The notes beneath the pieces are model-generated. The model was not told the DNA's origin, ran no database searches, and was given only the letters and a program-made list of their open reading frames with translations. DNA of 64,000 nt from Halarcobacter sp. (GTDB taxonomy: Bacteria > Campylobacterota > Campylobacteria > Campylobacterales > Arcobacteraceae), in assembly GCA_963676565.1 (NCBI GenBank), contig OY781089.1:224001-288000 (forward strand). Direction: 5' to 3'. Of this stretch, positions 19,530 to 29,078 are shown one piece after another (position 1 is the first letter of the stretch; each line of letters begins with the position of its first letter). The translations under genes were made by a program, and so were the position numbers.

Positions 19530-20705
19530 ATGCAAATTAAATCATATCTAGATAGCTTTAGTAAAAATGCTGTAAATGCACAAGATAACAATCAAAAAGC
19601 AGAAAACATCCCTTTTGATAAACTTCTAATTGAAAAAAATATACAAAATAATATTCCCAAAGAAGTTCCTGTTCATCTAGAAAAATATGATGATTCAAAA
19701 TTAACTCAAGAGCAGTTTGATAAGCTAATAGATAAACTTGATTTGAATTATTTATCCCAAGAGGAAAAAGAACTTTATAAATCAATTATTGATAATGGAT
19801 ATATAAGCAATGAAGAGATAAAAGATTTATCCTATGAAGAGATGAAAACCTTAGGTAAATTTGTTTTCAAAAAAGATGAATCGGGTGAATATATAGATGA
19901 AACCCTTTTAAATAGTGATATGAAAGCAGGAACCCTTTTAAGTACTGCTGTTATTAGCGATAATGATGATTTTAATAAATCAGTATTTAAAATGGTTGAA
20001 AACCTTGAAAAAGATGAGGATATAACAAACTTCATGTATCTAATTACTGGAACTTTTCATAGTAATAAGCTCATTGCATTTCCCCAATTACAAGAGATAG
20101 ACTATGAAGGAAAAGATATTAAAGAGTTTTTAAAAGACAAAATCTCTACTTTTGAAGATATGATTGAAGTTTCTGCAAGTAGTGAGCTAAGTAAAGTACT
20201 TCAAGGTGTTATCAATCAATTTGATGATTTATTAAATCTTTTTAATACTATCTCAAAAAATAAAGATGAACCAACTACAAAGTGTTCTTATGAAGTAGAT
20301 ATTACCCAAAAACTTATTGATGATTTATTCTCTTTAATGGAAACTGGATTAACTAAAACAGAACTTGAATCCATAGAAAAACTAATGAATCAAATAAAAG
20401 AAAAAATAGAAGATTCAAAAGAAAAAAAAGTATCAGAGGATAAAATAAGAGAACTTCTTAAAGAGCTAGAAGACAAAATAAAAGAGATACAAAAAAGAGT
20501 AATGGGTAATGATAAGATTGAAATTGAAAAGGACTCAAATAATATAAAAGATGATGAATTATCAGTAAATATGCAAGAGTTTAAATCTACTCTACAAAGT
20601 CTGAAAATTGCCCTTGAAAAAATAAAAGAAGAGGGTGCAAATAAAACCAATCCTCTTTCTAGTCATGAAGAGTTGAGCTTAAGAGAACAACTTAATCAAA
20701 ACTAA
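19530..20705 (+). CDS. Hypothetical protein, partial paralogue of 16872..18386
   Basis: DDLFSLMETGLTKTELES...QKRVMG; acidic and helical, with no signal peptide or TM segment evident. Confidence 0.75.
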   Translation: MQIKSYLDSFSKNAVNAQDNNQKAENIPFDKLLIEKNIQNNIPKEVPVHLEKYDDSKLTQEQFDKLIDKLDLNYLSQEEKELYKSIIDNGYISNEEIKDLSYEEMKTLGKFVFKKDESGEYIDETLLNSDMKAGTLLSTAVISDNDDFNKSVFKMVENLEKDEDITNFMYLITGTFHSNKLIAFPQLQEIDYEGKDIKEFLKDKISTFEDMIEVSASSELSKVLQGVINQFDDLLNLFNTISKNKDEPTTKCSYEVDITQKLIDDLFSLMETGLTKTELESIEKLMNQIKEKIEDSKEKKVSEDKIRELLKELEDKIKEIQKRVMGNDKIEIEKDSNNIKDDELSVNMQEFKSTLQSLKIALEKIKEEGANKTNPLSSHEELSLREQLNQN

Positions 20706-20730
20706 TAGTGGGTAAGAGTTTACCCACTAT
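20705..20730. terminator. Hairpin between convergent genes
   Basis: ATAGTGGGTAA-GAGT-TTACCCACTAT, perfect 11-bp stem. Confidence 0.7.
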
Positions 20731-20762
20731 ATCACAATATTTATCTAACAATTTACTTCAAG

Positions 20763-22181
20763 TTAAACAAATACTTTTCTAAGTGCTGAAACCCTAGATA
20801 AAATTAAAAAGTCAAAGGCTAAGACAGCTATTAAAGTAAGTCCTACTAGTGGGAAAAATAAAGATACTGCTAGCATTAAAAGCATTGCATTTTTCCAATG
20901 GGGTAAATTTTTTGGCATTGGTGGAGCAACTAGTTTAAATCCTGCACCCGTTGGTCTTCTTTTCCACCACATTATAAGTCCTGTGATACTTAAAGCAATT
21001 ACAGATAAACAGATTATAGTATTTATAAGTAGATTCCAAATAGTCACTAAACCCATATGTATAGGAATAGATAGAGCCATTGTCTTTCCAGCAAAAGAAT
21101 AGTCATCAAAGGTAACTTTTGCAAGAACTTTTCCCGTATACCTATCAATATGGACTGTCTTATCATCAAATGGATTTTTTGCATCACTATTCATGGTATC
21201 TTGATTTAAAGTCCATACTCCTATTTCACCTTTAGGAAAAGAAACTCTATATCTTCCTTCAAAACCTAACCTTGTGGCTAATCTTTCAATACTATCTATA
21301 TTTACTTTTTCACCTTTTAATGTTCCTTTTACTCCTTCTTTTGAACCTGAAGCTGGTAATTGGGTATGTTCAATAGCCCATGGCATTCCTTCACTAGGAC
21401 CATGATTTAAAGAAGCATGAGTTTTATCTGATAAAGGGATTTTATCCCATTTTTGAGCAGGGAAAGTACTCCAAGCTTGAACTAACTTTCCACCCCAAAC
21501 TCCAGTCCAAGACATTCCAGAAAGTAAAAATAAAAAGAAAAAAATAGCAACATAAGTTCCTAAAACTGAGTGAAAGTTCTTAAAAAACTCCCTACCTTTT
21601 AAAGAAAAATCAAAAGCTAATACTTTATTTATTTTTTTACCTCGAGGCCACCAAAGATATAAACCAGTAATAATTAAAATAATAGCAAAACCAGCAGCAA
21701 TTTCTAATATCCTATCTCCAGTTTTACCTATGAGTAAATCACTATGGATATTGTCTGCTAAGTCATACCAACCTTGTCTTCTTTTCCAGTCTTTTACAAT
21801 CTCTCCTGTGTAAGGATTTACTGCAACCATTGTTTGAGAACCATCTTTTAACTTCAATCTAAAAACATTTACTCTATCTTTTTTAGGAGCCATAATTAGC
21901 TCCACTAAAGTAGAATTAGGAATTGTACTTTGAGCAAGTTTTGACTGTTTTTCCAAACTAATCTTAACAACACCTTGAGGGACAGGAACAATTACTCTTT
22001 CCCCATCTCGCCCATCAAAGAAACCTATATACATCATCATAATACCAGTTATAGCCAAAATAAGCATAAAAGGGACTACAAAAACACCAGCATAAAAATG
22101 CCATCTCCATACCGCTTTATAAAAAACACTATCTTTGTTTTCTATATCTTTTTTTTGATTTAATTTCATCTGCACATCCAA
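20763..22181 (-). CDS. PepSY-associated TM helix protein (iron-regulated membrane protein family)
   Basis: WRWHFYAG, VNPYTGEI, IHSDLLIG, TGLYLWWPR, HIDRYTGKVL, IHMG, MWWKRRP. The true start may be ATG 22169. Confidence 0.88.
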   Translation of the reverse strand: MDVQMKLNQKKDIENKDSVFYKAVWRWHFYAGVFVVPFMLILAITGIMMMYIGFFDGRDGERVIVPVPQGVVKISLEKQSKLAQSTIPNSTLVELIMAPKKDRVNVFRLKLKDGSQTMVAVNPYTGEIVKDWKRRQGWYDLADNIHSDLLIGKTGDRILEIAAGFAIILIITGLYLWWPRGKKINKVLAFDFSLKGREFFKNFHSVLGTYVAIFFFLFLLSGMSWTGVWGGKLVQAWSTFPAQKWDKIPLSDKTHASLNHGPSEGMPWAIEHTQLPASGSKEGVKGTLKGEKVNIDSIERLATRLGFEGRYRVSFPKGEIGVWTLNQDTMNSDAKNPFDDKTVHIDRYTGKVLAKVTFDDYSFAGKTMALSIPIHMGLVTIWNLLINTIICLSVIALSITGLIMWWKRRPTGAGFKLVAPPMPKNLPHWKNAMLLMLAVSLFFPLVGLTLIAVLAFDFLILSRVSALRKVFV

Positions 22182-22220
22182 TTAAGAAAATAACTGGAGA
22201 GTTTATAAAAAAAGTGTTAA

Positions 22221-23108
22221 TTATCTATTAATTAAAACTTTCTTTATAGAATCAAAAGAGAATATAACTAAAGCAAGCCAAATTAAAATAAAAGTGATTA
22301 ACTTATCAGTATTAAAATCTTCATTGTAAATAAAAATTGCCAATAAAAAAGAAGCTGTTGGACCAATATATTGAAAAAAACCTAAAGTTGTAAGTCTTAT
22401 TCTAATTGCAGCACTATTGAAAAGCAAAAGAGGTATTACAGTTACAAATCCGGCTAAAAATAACATAAAAGATATATATGAAGAACTATTTTGAATAAAT
22501 GATAGATTTCCATATAGATATAAATATATTAAATATCCAATAGCAAAAGGGAATAAAAGTAAAACCTCAACAAACAATCCAACTTGAGAAGAAACATTTA
22601 TTTTCTTTCTAAGAAGCCCATAAAATGCAAAACTAAAAGCAAGAGAAAAGGCAATATATGGAATATGTCCTAAGGTTAAAAGTTGATAAATTACAGCTAA
22701 TAAAGCAATAAAAATAGCAAAATATTGACTTATACTTACTCTCTCACTAAAAAAGAAATAACCAAATACAACATTTACTAAAGGATTAATATAATATCCC
22801 AAAGATGTTTCTAAAATTTTACCATTTGACACTGCCCAGATAAAAATAAGCCAATTAACTGATACAAAAAAAGTTGAGGCTAAAAGATATTTTATTTTTC
22901 TCATATCCTTTATGGTAATAAAAAACAAACCTATCTCTTTTTTATAAAAAATCAATGGCAAAAGGATAAAAACAGAAAAAACAATTCTATATAATAAAAC
23001 TTCTGTAGAGTCTATTGTTGCAACTTCTTTAAAATAAATTGGTGATAATCCACCCCAAAAAAGAAAAGCAAAAGTTGCATAAAAATAACCTTGAGCTTCT
23101 TTACTCAA
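22221..23108 (-). CDS. rarD: EamA/DMT-family transporter RarD
   Basis: NWLIFIWAV...LETSLGYYINPLVNV, FYGLLRKK, LGFFQYIGPT. Confidence 0.9.
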   Translation of the reverse strand: MSKEAQGYFYATFAFLFWGGLSPIYFKEVATIDSTEVLLYRIVFSVFILLPLIFYKKEIGLFFITIKDMRKIKYLLASTFFVSVNWLIFIWAVSNGKILETSLGYYINPLVNVVFGYFFFSERVSISQYFAIFIALLAVIYQLLTLGHIPYIAFSLAFSFAFYGLLRKKINVSSQVGLFVEVLLLFPFAIGYLIYLYLYGNLSFIQNSSSYISFMLFLAGFVTVIPLLLFNSAAIRIRLTTLGFFQYIGPTASFLLAIFIYNEDFNTDKLITFILIWLALVIFSFDSIKKVLINR

Positions 23109-23176
23109 AATAACTCCTTAAAAAAGGAATTATTTTATCCAAACTTCAATTATTAATATAGTAAAAAATTGCTCTT

Positions 23177-23404
23177 TTAAAAAAACTTCTTAATCTCTTC
23201 TGGATTTAGTAATTTTCCTGTGCTTTTTACCTCTCCATTTATAACAAGACCTGGCGTATTCATAACACCATATTCCATGATTTTTACCATATCTTCTACT
23301 TTTTCAACTTGTGCAAAAACTCCAGCTTCAGCAACTGCTTTTTTTGCATTTTCAGTTAATGCTTGGCACTTTGAACAACCTGTTCCTAAAATTTCTATTT
23401 TCAT
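23177..23404 (-). CDS. Small thioredoxin-like redox protein (ars-associated)
   Basis: MKIEILGTGCSKC...YGVMNTPGLVING; CxxC motif; follows arsP. Confidence 0.88.
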   Translation of the reverse strand: MKIEILGTGCSKCQALTENAKKAVAEAGVFAQVEKVEDMVKIMEYGVMNTPGLVINGEVKSTGKLLNPEEIKKFF

Positions 23405-23482
23405 CTATTCTCCTATAGAATGCCCTATTTCAGGAGGGCAATATAATTAATATTTCTTAAACTATCTAAAGCAATTTATTCT

Positions 23483-24442
23483 TTACAATATTGCATTAAA
23501 GATATAACCAATTAATATTATACCACTACCTATTATTGCAAAAAATATTGCAATTAATTTTATATGCAAAACTCTTTTTAAAATCATTGCTTCAGGAAGA
23601 CTTAGGGCTGTAACTGCCATCATAAAAGATAAAGCACTTCCAAGCAACATCCCCTTTGAAGTTAAAACCTCAACAAGAGGCATAACCCCTGCAGCACTTG
23701 AATACATTGGAATTCCTAAAACAACTGCTAAAGGAACTGTATACCAAGCATCTCCGCCTGTATATTTTACTATAAAATCTGTAGGAACATATCCATGAAT
23801 AAATGCACCAACTCCTACACCTAAAATCACATAAATATAAATCTTTTTAAAGATATCTATTGTGTAATCCCAAGCTTCTTTAACTCTAGATTTTGCATCC
23901 AAATTAATATCAGGATTTTCACAACACCCTTCCATCGGTTTTACATCAATAAGTATATATTTTTCTGCATTTGTTTTACCAATTAAGTATCCACCAATAA
24001 TTGCAATTAAAAGCCCAAACCCTATATAAATAGCCGTGATTTTCCAACCAAAAAGGCCAAATAACATAGCTATTGCTATTTCGTTGTTTAGTGGGGCACT
24101 TATTAAAAAGGAAAAAGTAACTCCAATAGGAATTCTAGCTTGTAAAAAACCTAAAAATAAAGGAATAGCAGAACAAGTACAAAAAGGAGTAATTATTCCA
24201 AAAAGAGATGCTAGGATATTTCCTGTAAATTGTGACTTTCCTTGCAGGTAAGCTCTTACTTTTTCAACATTAAACCAAGTTCTAAGATATGAAACTACAA
24301 AAATAATAGTAATTAAAAGTATAAAAATCTTAACAGTATCATAAATAAAAAAATGTACAGCACTTCCAATAGTAGTATCTGCATCTAATGCAAATAAACC
24401 ATATACTAACTTGTCAACAATTTTTTCCCACCAAGTAAACAT
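23483..24442 (-). CDS. arsP: ArsP-family permease (DUF318)
   Basis: TPFCTCSAIPLF, FSFLISAP, GIPMYS, ALSLPE; located in the ars cluster. Confidence 0.85.
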   Translation of the reverse strand: MFTWWEKIVDKLVYGLFALDADTTIGSAVHFFIYDTVKIFILLITIIFVVSYLRTWFNVEKVRAYLQGKSQFTGNILASLFGIITPFCTCSAIPLFLGFLQARIPIGVTFSFLISAPLNNEIAIAMLFGLFGWKITAIYIGFGLLIAIIGGYLIGKTNAEKYILIDVKPMEGCCENPDINLDAKSRVKEAWDYTIDIFKKIYIYVILGVGVGAFIHGYVPTDFIVKYTGGDAWYTVPLAVVLGIPMYSSAAGVMPLVEVLTSKGMLLGSALSFMMAVTALSLPEAMILKRVLHIKLIAIFFAIIGSGIILIGYIFNAIL

Positions 24443-24443
24443 T

Positions 24444-24848
24444 TTATAAACCTAACTCTTCTTTTACCTTTGGAAGTAAAGTTTCATAAATCTCTTCATA
24501 TGTTGCTTCAAATGCATCAAAACCTTTCCCATCTGGATCTTCAAAACCAACATGGATAACTTTCACTGCATTTGGGAACATTGGGCAAGTCTCATTCGCA
24601 TGGTCACAAACTGTTACAACTAAATCATACTCATTGTCAATAACTTTATCAATAGTTTTTGAGTGATATTCCTCTTTCCAAATACCTTTTTCTTCTAATA
24701 GTTTTTGTGCATTTGGATTTACTCTTCCACTTGCTTTTACACCACTACTATCACTTACTGCACCTTCAATAAATGCATTTATTTGAGCCTCAGCTATAAT
24801 ACTTCTACAAGAGTTCCCTGTACATAAAATTAAAACTTTTTTATCCAT
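24444..24848 (-). CDS. arsC: Arsenate reductase, thioredoxin-dependent LMW-PTPase type
   Basis: P-loop CTGNSCRS, VCDHANETCP (resolving cysteines), FEDP. Confidence 0.92.
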   Translation of the reverse strand: MDKKVLILCTGNSCRSIIAEAQINAFIEGAVSDSSGVKASGRVNPNAQKLLEEKGIWKEEYHSKTIDKVIDNEYDLVVTVCDHANETCPMFPNAVKVIHVGFEDPDGKGFDAFEATYEEIYETLLPKVKEELGL

Positions 24849-24881
24849 CTTTTTTCCTTTAAAATATGCTTTAAACTATTT

Positions 24882-25006
24882 GGCTACCGAAAGATTTTAT
24901 TGAGTTTATTTGAACGATTCTGGAACTTTAGGGTCAACATCTTTGATGTTGGGGTACCCAAAGTGAAGCTCTAGTGAAAATAAACTACAATAAAATTCTA
25001 TTAGCC
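24882..25006. repeat. 125-bp imperfect long hairpin (MITE/ERIC-like element or structured RNA) between arsB and arsC
   Basis: Nested pairings GGCTA/TAGCC, ATTTTATTG/CAATAAAAT, AGTTTATTT/AAATAAACT, ACTTT/AAAGT, GGGT/ACCC, CAACATC-TTT-GATGTTG. Confidence 0.65.
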
Positions 25007-26260
25007 TTATATTAGTGTCAACAACACAACAAACAGAACTGGTGGCGTTACAATAAGACCAAATTTACTATATTGCCAGAAACCAATTTTCACACCCTTT
25101 TGACCTAAAACATGAAGCCAAAGTAAAGTTGCTAAAGAACCGAATGGAGTCATTTTAGGGCCTAAGTTACATCCAATGATATTTGCATAAGCTAAAGCTT
25201 CATTTGGTATATCTTTCATTGCAATATCCATGACCATAATTGTTGGCATATTGTTCATAATAGCACTTAATATTGCACTTAAAAAACCTGTTCCAATAAT
25301 TGCAATTGCATCACCTCTTTGTACTAAATCTTGCAATATTAAAGTCAAATAATCAGTTAAACCTTCATTTTTAAGACCATAAACTACTATATACAAACCA
25401 ATAGAAAACCACACCACTTGCCAAGGTGCTGTTTTAATTATCTCTTTTGCATTTGCATATTTTGAAACACTTGCAATAATTAAGAAAATCAAACCCCCAC
25501 CTAAGGCAAATACAGAAACTGGTAAATCAAATCCATCACCAATAAAATATCCAACTAATAAAAGTGCTAAAAATATCCATGAAAATTTAAATAATGTCTT
25601 ACTTTTTAATACCTCATCTGGATTTTTTAATAAACTAACATCTACAGTTTTTGGAATATCCTTTCTTAAAATAAGCCATAAAACAACAATAGAAACAATA
25701 GTACTTACTATATATGGAATAATCATATTTGATAAATACTCTAAAAATCCTATGTCAAAATAGTTTGCCGTAACAATATTTGTTAAGTTTGAAAATACAA
25801 AAGGAAGTGAAGCTGAGTCACTAATAAATCCACCTGCTAGTAAAAAAGCTAAAATTGTTTTTGCATTTAATTGTAAAATTCTCATTTTTGCAAGTAAAAT
25901 AGGAGTTAAAATAAGTGCTGCTCCATCATTTGCAAAAAGTGCTGATACAAAACTTCCAAGTAATAAAGCATAGACAAACATCAGATGCCCACTTCCCTTT
26001 GATAGTTTTGCCATTTTAATTGCACACCATTCAAAAAATCCAATCTCATCTAAAACCATCGATAAAATTATAATCCCAATAAATGCTAAAGTTGCATCCC
26101 ATACAATATCTGTAACAATTAAAACATCATCTAAACTTACAACACCCACTATTAAAGCAATAATTGCTCCAATTACAGCTGTCGTTCCTATTTGTAAACC
26201 CTTGGGTTGCCATATTACAAAAATAAGTGTTATCAAAAATATAGCACTAGCTTGTATCAT
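25007..26260 (-). CDS. arsB: Arsenite efflux pump ArsB
   Basis: VIWQPKGL, VWDATLAF, ALFANDGAALILTPI, SNLTNIV, NNMPT, LGPKMTPFGSLATLLWLHVL. Confidence 0.95.
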   Translation of the reverse strand: MIQASAIFLITLIFVIWQPKGLQIGTTAVIGAIIALIVGVVSLDDVLIVTDIVWDATLAFIGIIILSMVLDEIGFFEWCAIKMAKLSKGSGHLMFVYALLLGSFVSALFANDGAALILTPILLAKMRILQLNAKTILAFLLAGGFISDSASLPFVFSNLTNIVTANYFDIGFLEYLSNMIIPYIVSTIVSIVVLWLILRKDIPKTVDVSLLKNPDEVLKSKTLFKFSWIFLALLLVGYFIGDGFDLPVSVFALGGGLIFLIIASVSKYANAKEIIKTAPWQVVWFSIGLYIVVYGLKNEGLTDYLTLILQDLVQRGDAIAIIGTGFLSAILSAIMNNMPTIMVMDIAMKDIPNEALAYANIIGCNLGPKMTPFGSLATLLWLHVLGQKGVKIGFWQYSKFGLIVTPPVLFVVLLTLI

Positions 26261-26279
26261 TTTTTTTAATCTCCTAAGT

Positions 26280-26309
26280 TTCTAATATATCAAGATATAT
26301 TGATGTATT
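26280..26309. promoter_or_regulatory. Putative ArsR operator, copy in front of arsB
   Basis: TTCTAATATATCAAGATATATTGATGTATT is the exact 30-nt reverse complement of 27044-27073. Confidence 0.75.
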
Positions 26310-26334
26310 TTATAAAAAAAGAGTAACTAACTAG

Positions 26335-26688
26335 TTACTCTTCAGCTAATTCATAAATTTCTGGTTTTAAAGTATAGATGAACGTATCAACTTCAAGTTC
26401 ATCATATCTTTCAACAGTAACTGGTGTTCTAACAAACTCTTCACCCTCAAACTCATCTAAAAATTCCCAATGATTAATTAAATTTGATGAATAAAAAAGA
26501 TACCCATGAATAGTATCTCTATCAATATCAAGTCTAATTCCAGGATATCCCATACCTGCAGACCAGCCTGCATCTATTAGTTTCCCTTTTACAGTTGCTG
26601 GTACAAATTTTCCAACAATATTTTCCAAAACATGTCCATTTGGACAGTTTGGCATCAATGTTCCATATACAAAAAGTGTTTCAGTCAT
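26335..26688 (-). CDS. Gamma-glutamylcyclotransferase (GGCT/AIG2-like) family protein
   Basis: LFVYGTLM, GYPG, LDEFEG..FVR; its start overlaps the arsR stop (TAATG). Confidence 0.85.
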   Translation of the reverse strand: MTETLFVYGTLMPNCPNGHVLENIVGKFVPATVKGKLIDAGWSAGMGYPGIRLDIDRDTIHGYLFYSSNLINHWEFLDEFEGEEFVRTPVTVERYDELEVDTFIYTLKPEIYELAEE

Positions 26689-26996
26689 TAATTATTACAA
26701 GCCTTTACTAAATTTGGTAATTCAATATCTAAAGTCATAATCTCTCTTATGGCACCTTGACGAAACTCATCTAAAGGTGTTCTAATAGAATAATATGCCC
26801 ATCGCCCTTCTCTGTCAACTCTTAAAAATCCTGCTTCTTTTAGAATTTTAAGATGTCTTGAAAGTCTAGATTGAATCATATCAAAAGAGTTTTCTAAATC
26901 ACATACACAACATTTTCCATGGATATTTAGAAACTTGATTATTTTTACTCTTGTTTCGTCATTTAATGCGGAAACAGATTTTAAGAATATATCCAT
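26688..26996 (-). CDS. arsR: ArsR/SmtB-family repressor
   Basis: ALNDETRVKI, CCVCDL metalloid site, QSRLSRHLKILKEAG, REGRWAYY. Confidence 0.92.
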   Translation of the reverse strand: MDIFLKSVSALNDETRVKIIKFLNIHGKCCVCDLENSFDMIQSRLSRHLKILKEAGFLRVDREGRWAYYSIRTPLDEFRQGAIREIMTLDIELPNLVKACNN

Positions 26997-27039
26997 CGAT
27001 TTTTTCCTCTCTTTTGATTTTGAAAGTATATCATAAAAA

Positions 27040-27073
27040 TTCTAATACATCAATATATCTTGATATATTAGAA
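27040..27073. promoter_or_regulatory. Putative ArsR operator at the arsR promoter
   Basis: TTCTAATACATCAA-TATATC-TTGATATATTAGAA, 14-bp arms with one mismatch. Confidence 0.8.
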
Positions 27074-27128
27074 TAAAGTAAATAAAAATTGTCAATTTGA
27101 TTTCATTTAAAGTTCTGTATAATTTATA

Positions 27129-29042
27129 ATGAGTTATAAAAATGAAAAACAACTATTAATTTTTATTAGGTTCACTTTACCTATATTAGCATTATTATTT
27201 ACTATTGCTATAACAACTTTTTTATATATTGAAAAAAGAACAAAAGTTAATAAATTGAAAGAAGAGATTCAATCTACTTTTATAAAAAATAAAAAACAAA
27301 CAATAAAAGAACAAATTGACAACCTATATTATTACATAGTGTCTGAACAAAAAGATTTAGAAGAGAATCTTGCAAAATCTCTAACTTATGAGGTTAGACA
27401 AACTCACAAAATTGCAAAAAGTATATACTATAGATATAAACATAATCACTCGAAAGATGAAATAAAAGAGATGATTAGAGCTGCCCTTAGAGAGATAAGA
27501 TTCAATAACGATAGAGCTTACTTTTTTATTTTGGATAAAGAGGGCAAAAATCAATTACATCCAATGATGCCAGAACTAGAAGGAAAAAATGTTTATAATA
27601 CAAGAGATACAAAAGGATCTTATATTGTAAAAGAGCCCCTTGAATTATTGAAAAAAAAGGATGAAGTATTCTATAACTGGTATTGGATAAAATCACAAAA
27701 GAATAAAAAAGAATATAAAAAAATAGGATTCCTTAAAAATTTTCATGAATTAAATTGGGTTATTGGTACAGGTGAATACCTTGAAGACTTTTCTAAAGAT
27801 ATTCAGAAAAAAATATTAAACCAGATTGAGAAATTAAGGTATGGAGAAAATAGTTATTTCATTGTAACAAATAAAGATAAAAAATATATAAGTCATATAA
27901 ATAAAGATCTTATCAATAAAAACGTTTTTAAAATTCTTGGAAAAACAAATACCTCTGAATCAGTTAATACAATTAAAGAGATAACAAAAACAAAAGAGGG
28001 TTTTGTCACTTTAAATTTTTTTAAACCAAACTCTAATATTGTATCATCAAAAATAATATATCAGAAGAAAATTCCAAATTGGGGATGGACTATTAGTACA
28101 GGGTTTTATATAGATGATGCTTCTAAAGCTATTGAATATGAGAAAAATAGAATTGAAAAAGAATATCAAGATAATATAAAGAATCTACTTTTTATTTTTT
28201 TAATTTCAATTATTATCTTAGTTCCACTATTCTTTTATATCTCACTTATAATTGAAAAGAAATTTAAAAAATATAAAGATAGTATTCAAGAATATATTGA
28301 TGAAAATCAAAAACAATATGAACTATTGGCACAAAAAAGTAAATTGAGTGCAATGGGTGAGATGTTAGCAAATATTGCCCACCAGTGGAAACAACCTTTA
28401 TCTCTTATCACTACTGCAACTAGTGGTATAAAATTAAACAAAGAGTTAGAAATCAAAGATGATGAATTTTTATATAAAGCAGTTGATGATATACAAATTA
28501 GTGCTAATCATTTAGCTGAAACAATAAATGATTTCACAGACTTTTTTAAGCCAGATAAGAAAAAAAATCAATTTTTTATGAAAGATGTTGTTGCTAAAAC
28601 ACTAAAACTTTTATCTTCACAATTTCAAACTAAAAATATAAAGATTATAAAACAAATAGAAGATATTTCTATTATAAACTATGAAAGGGAATTGCTACAA
28701 GTTTTATTAAATATTATAAATAATTCAAAAGATGCAATTTTAGAAAACAAAATAGAAAATGGCTTGATTTTTATTGAAGTATATCATGATGAAAATAATG
28801 TAATAATTGAGATAAAAGACAATGCAAAAGGGATAGATAAGAAGATAAAAGAACGTATTTTTGAACCATACTTTACTACAAAGCATGAATCAAAAGGAAC
28901 AGGAATAGGTTTATATATGTCTCAAGAAATAGTTACAAAACATATGAATGGTACAATTGAAGTAAACAATACTCAGTACGAGTATAATAAAGAAATACAA
29001 AAAGGTGCCATATTTAAAATAACTCTTCCAATATCAAATTAG
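27129..29042 (+). CDS. Cache-domain sensor histidine kinase (no adjacent regulator)
   Basis: Two TM helices around a periplasmic Cache region (YFFILD...HP, WVIGTGEY, WGWTISTGFYIDD); H-box IAHQWKQPL; DNAKGI, FEPYFTTK, GTGIGL. Confidence 0.9.
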   Translation: MSYKNEKQLLIFIRFTLPILALLFTIAITTFLYIEKRTKVNKLKEEIQSTFIKNKKQTIKEQIDNLYYYIVSEQKDLEENLAKSLTYEVRQTHKIAKSIYYRYKHNHSKDEIKEMIRAALREIRFNNDRAYFFILDKEGKNQLHPMMPELEGKNVYNTRDTKGSYIVKEPLELLKKKDEVFYNWYWIKSQKNKKEYKKIGFLKNFHELNWVIGTGEYLEDFSKDIQKKILNQIEKLRYGENSYFIVTNKDKKYISHINKDLINKNVFKILGKTNTSESVNTIKEITKTKEGFVTLNFFKPNSNIVSSKIIYQKKIPNWGWTISTGFYIDDASKAIEYEKNRIEKEYQDNIKNLLFIFLISIIILVPLFFYISLIIEKKFKKYKDSIQEYIDENQKQYELLAQKSKLSAMGEMLANIAHQWKQPLSLITTATSGIKLNKELEIKDDEFLYKAVDDIQISANHLAETINDFTDFFKPDKKKNQFFMKDVVAKTLKLLSSQFQTKNIKIIKQIEDISIINYERELLQVLLNIINNSKDAILENKIENGLIFIEVYHDENNVIIEIKDNAKGIDKKIKERIFEPYFTTKHESKGTGIGLYMSQEIVTKHMNGTIEVNNTQYEYNKEIQKGAIFKITLPISN

Positions 29043-29046
29043 AAAA

Positions 29047-29073
29047 AATAGATGGGAAATTATCCCACCTATT
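29047..29073 (-). terminator. Intrinsic terminator of tkt
   Basis: 11-bp stem with a G-U pair on the minus strand, followed by a T-run. Confidence 0.65.
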
Positions 29074-29078
29074 TAATA

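Noticed and set aside
26280..27073. 30-nt inverted repeats flanking arsR-GGCT as an invertible DNA switch
   Set aside because: The repeat is itself a palindrome at promoter positions, as expected of ArsR operators, and no recombinase gene is nearby.
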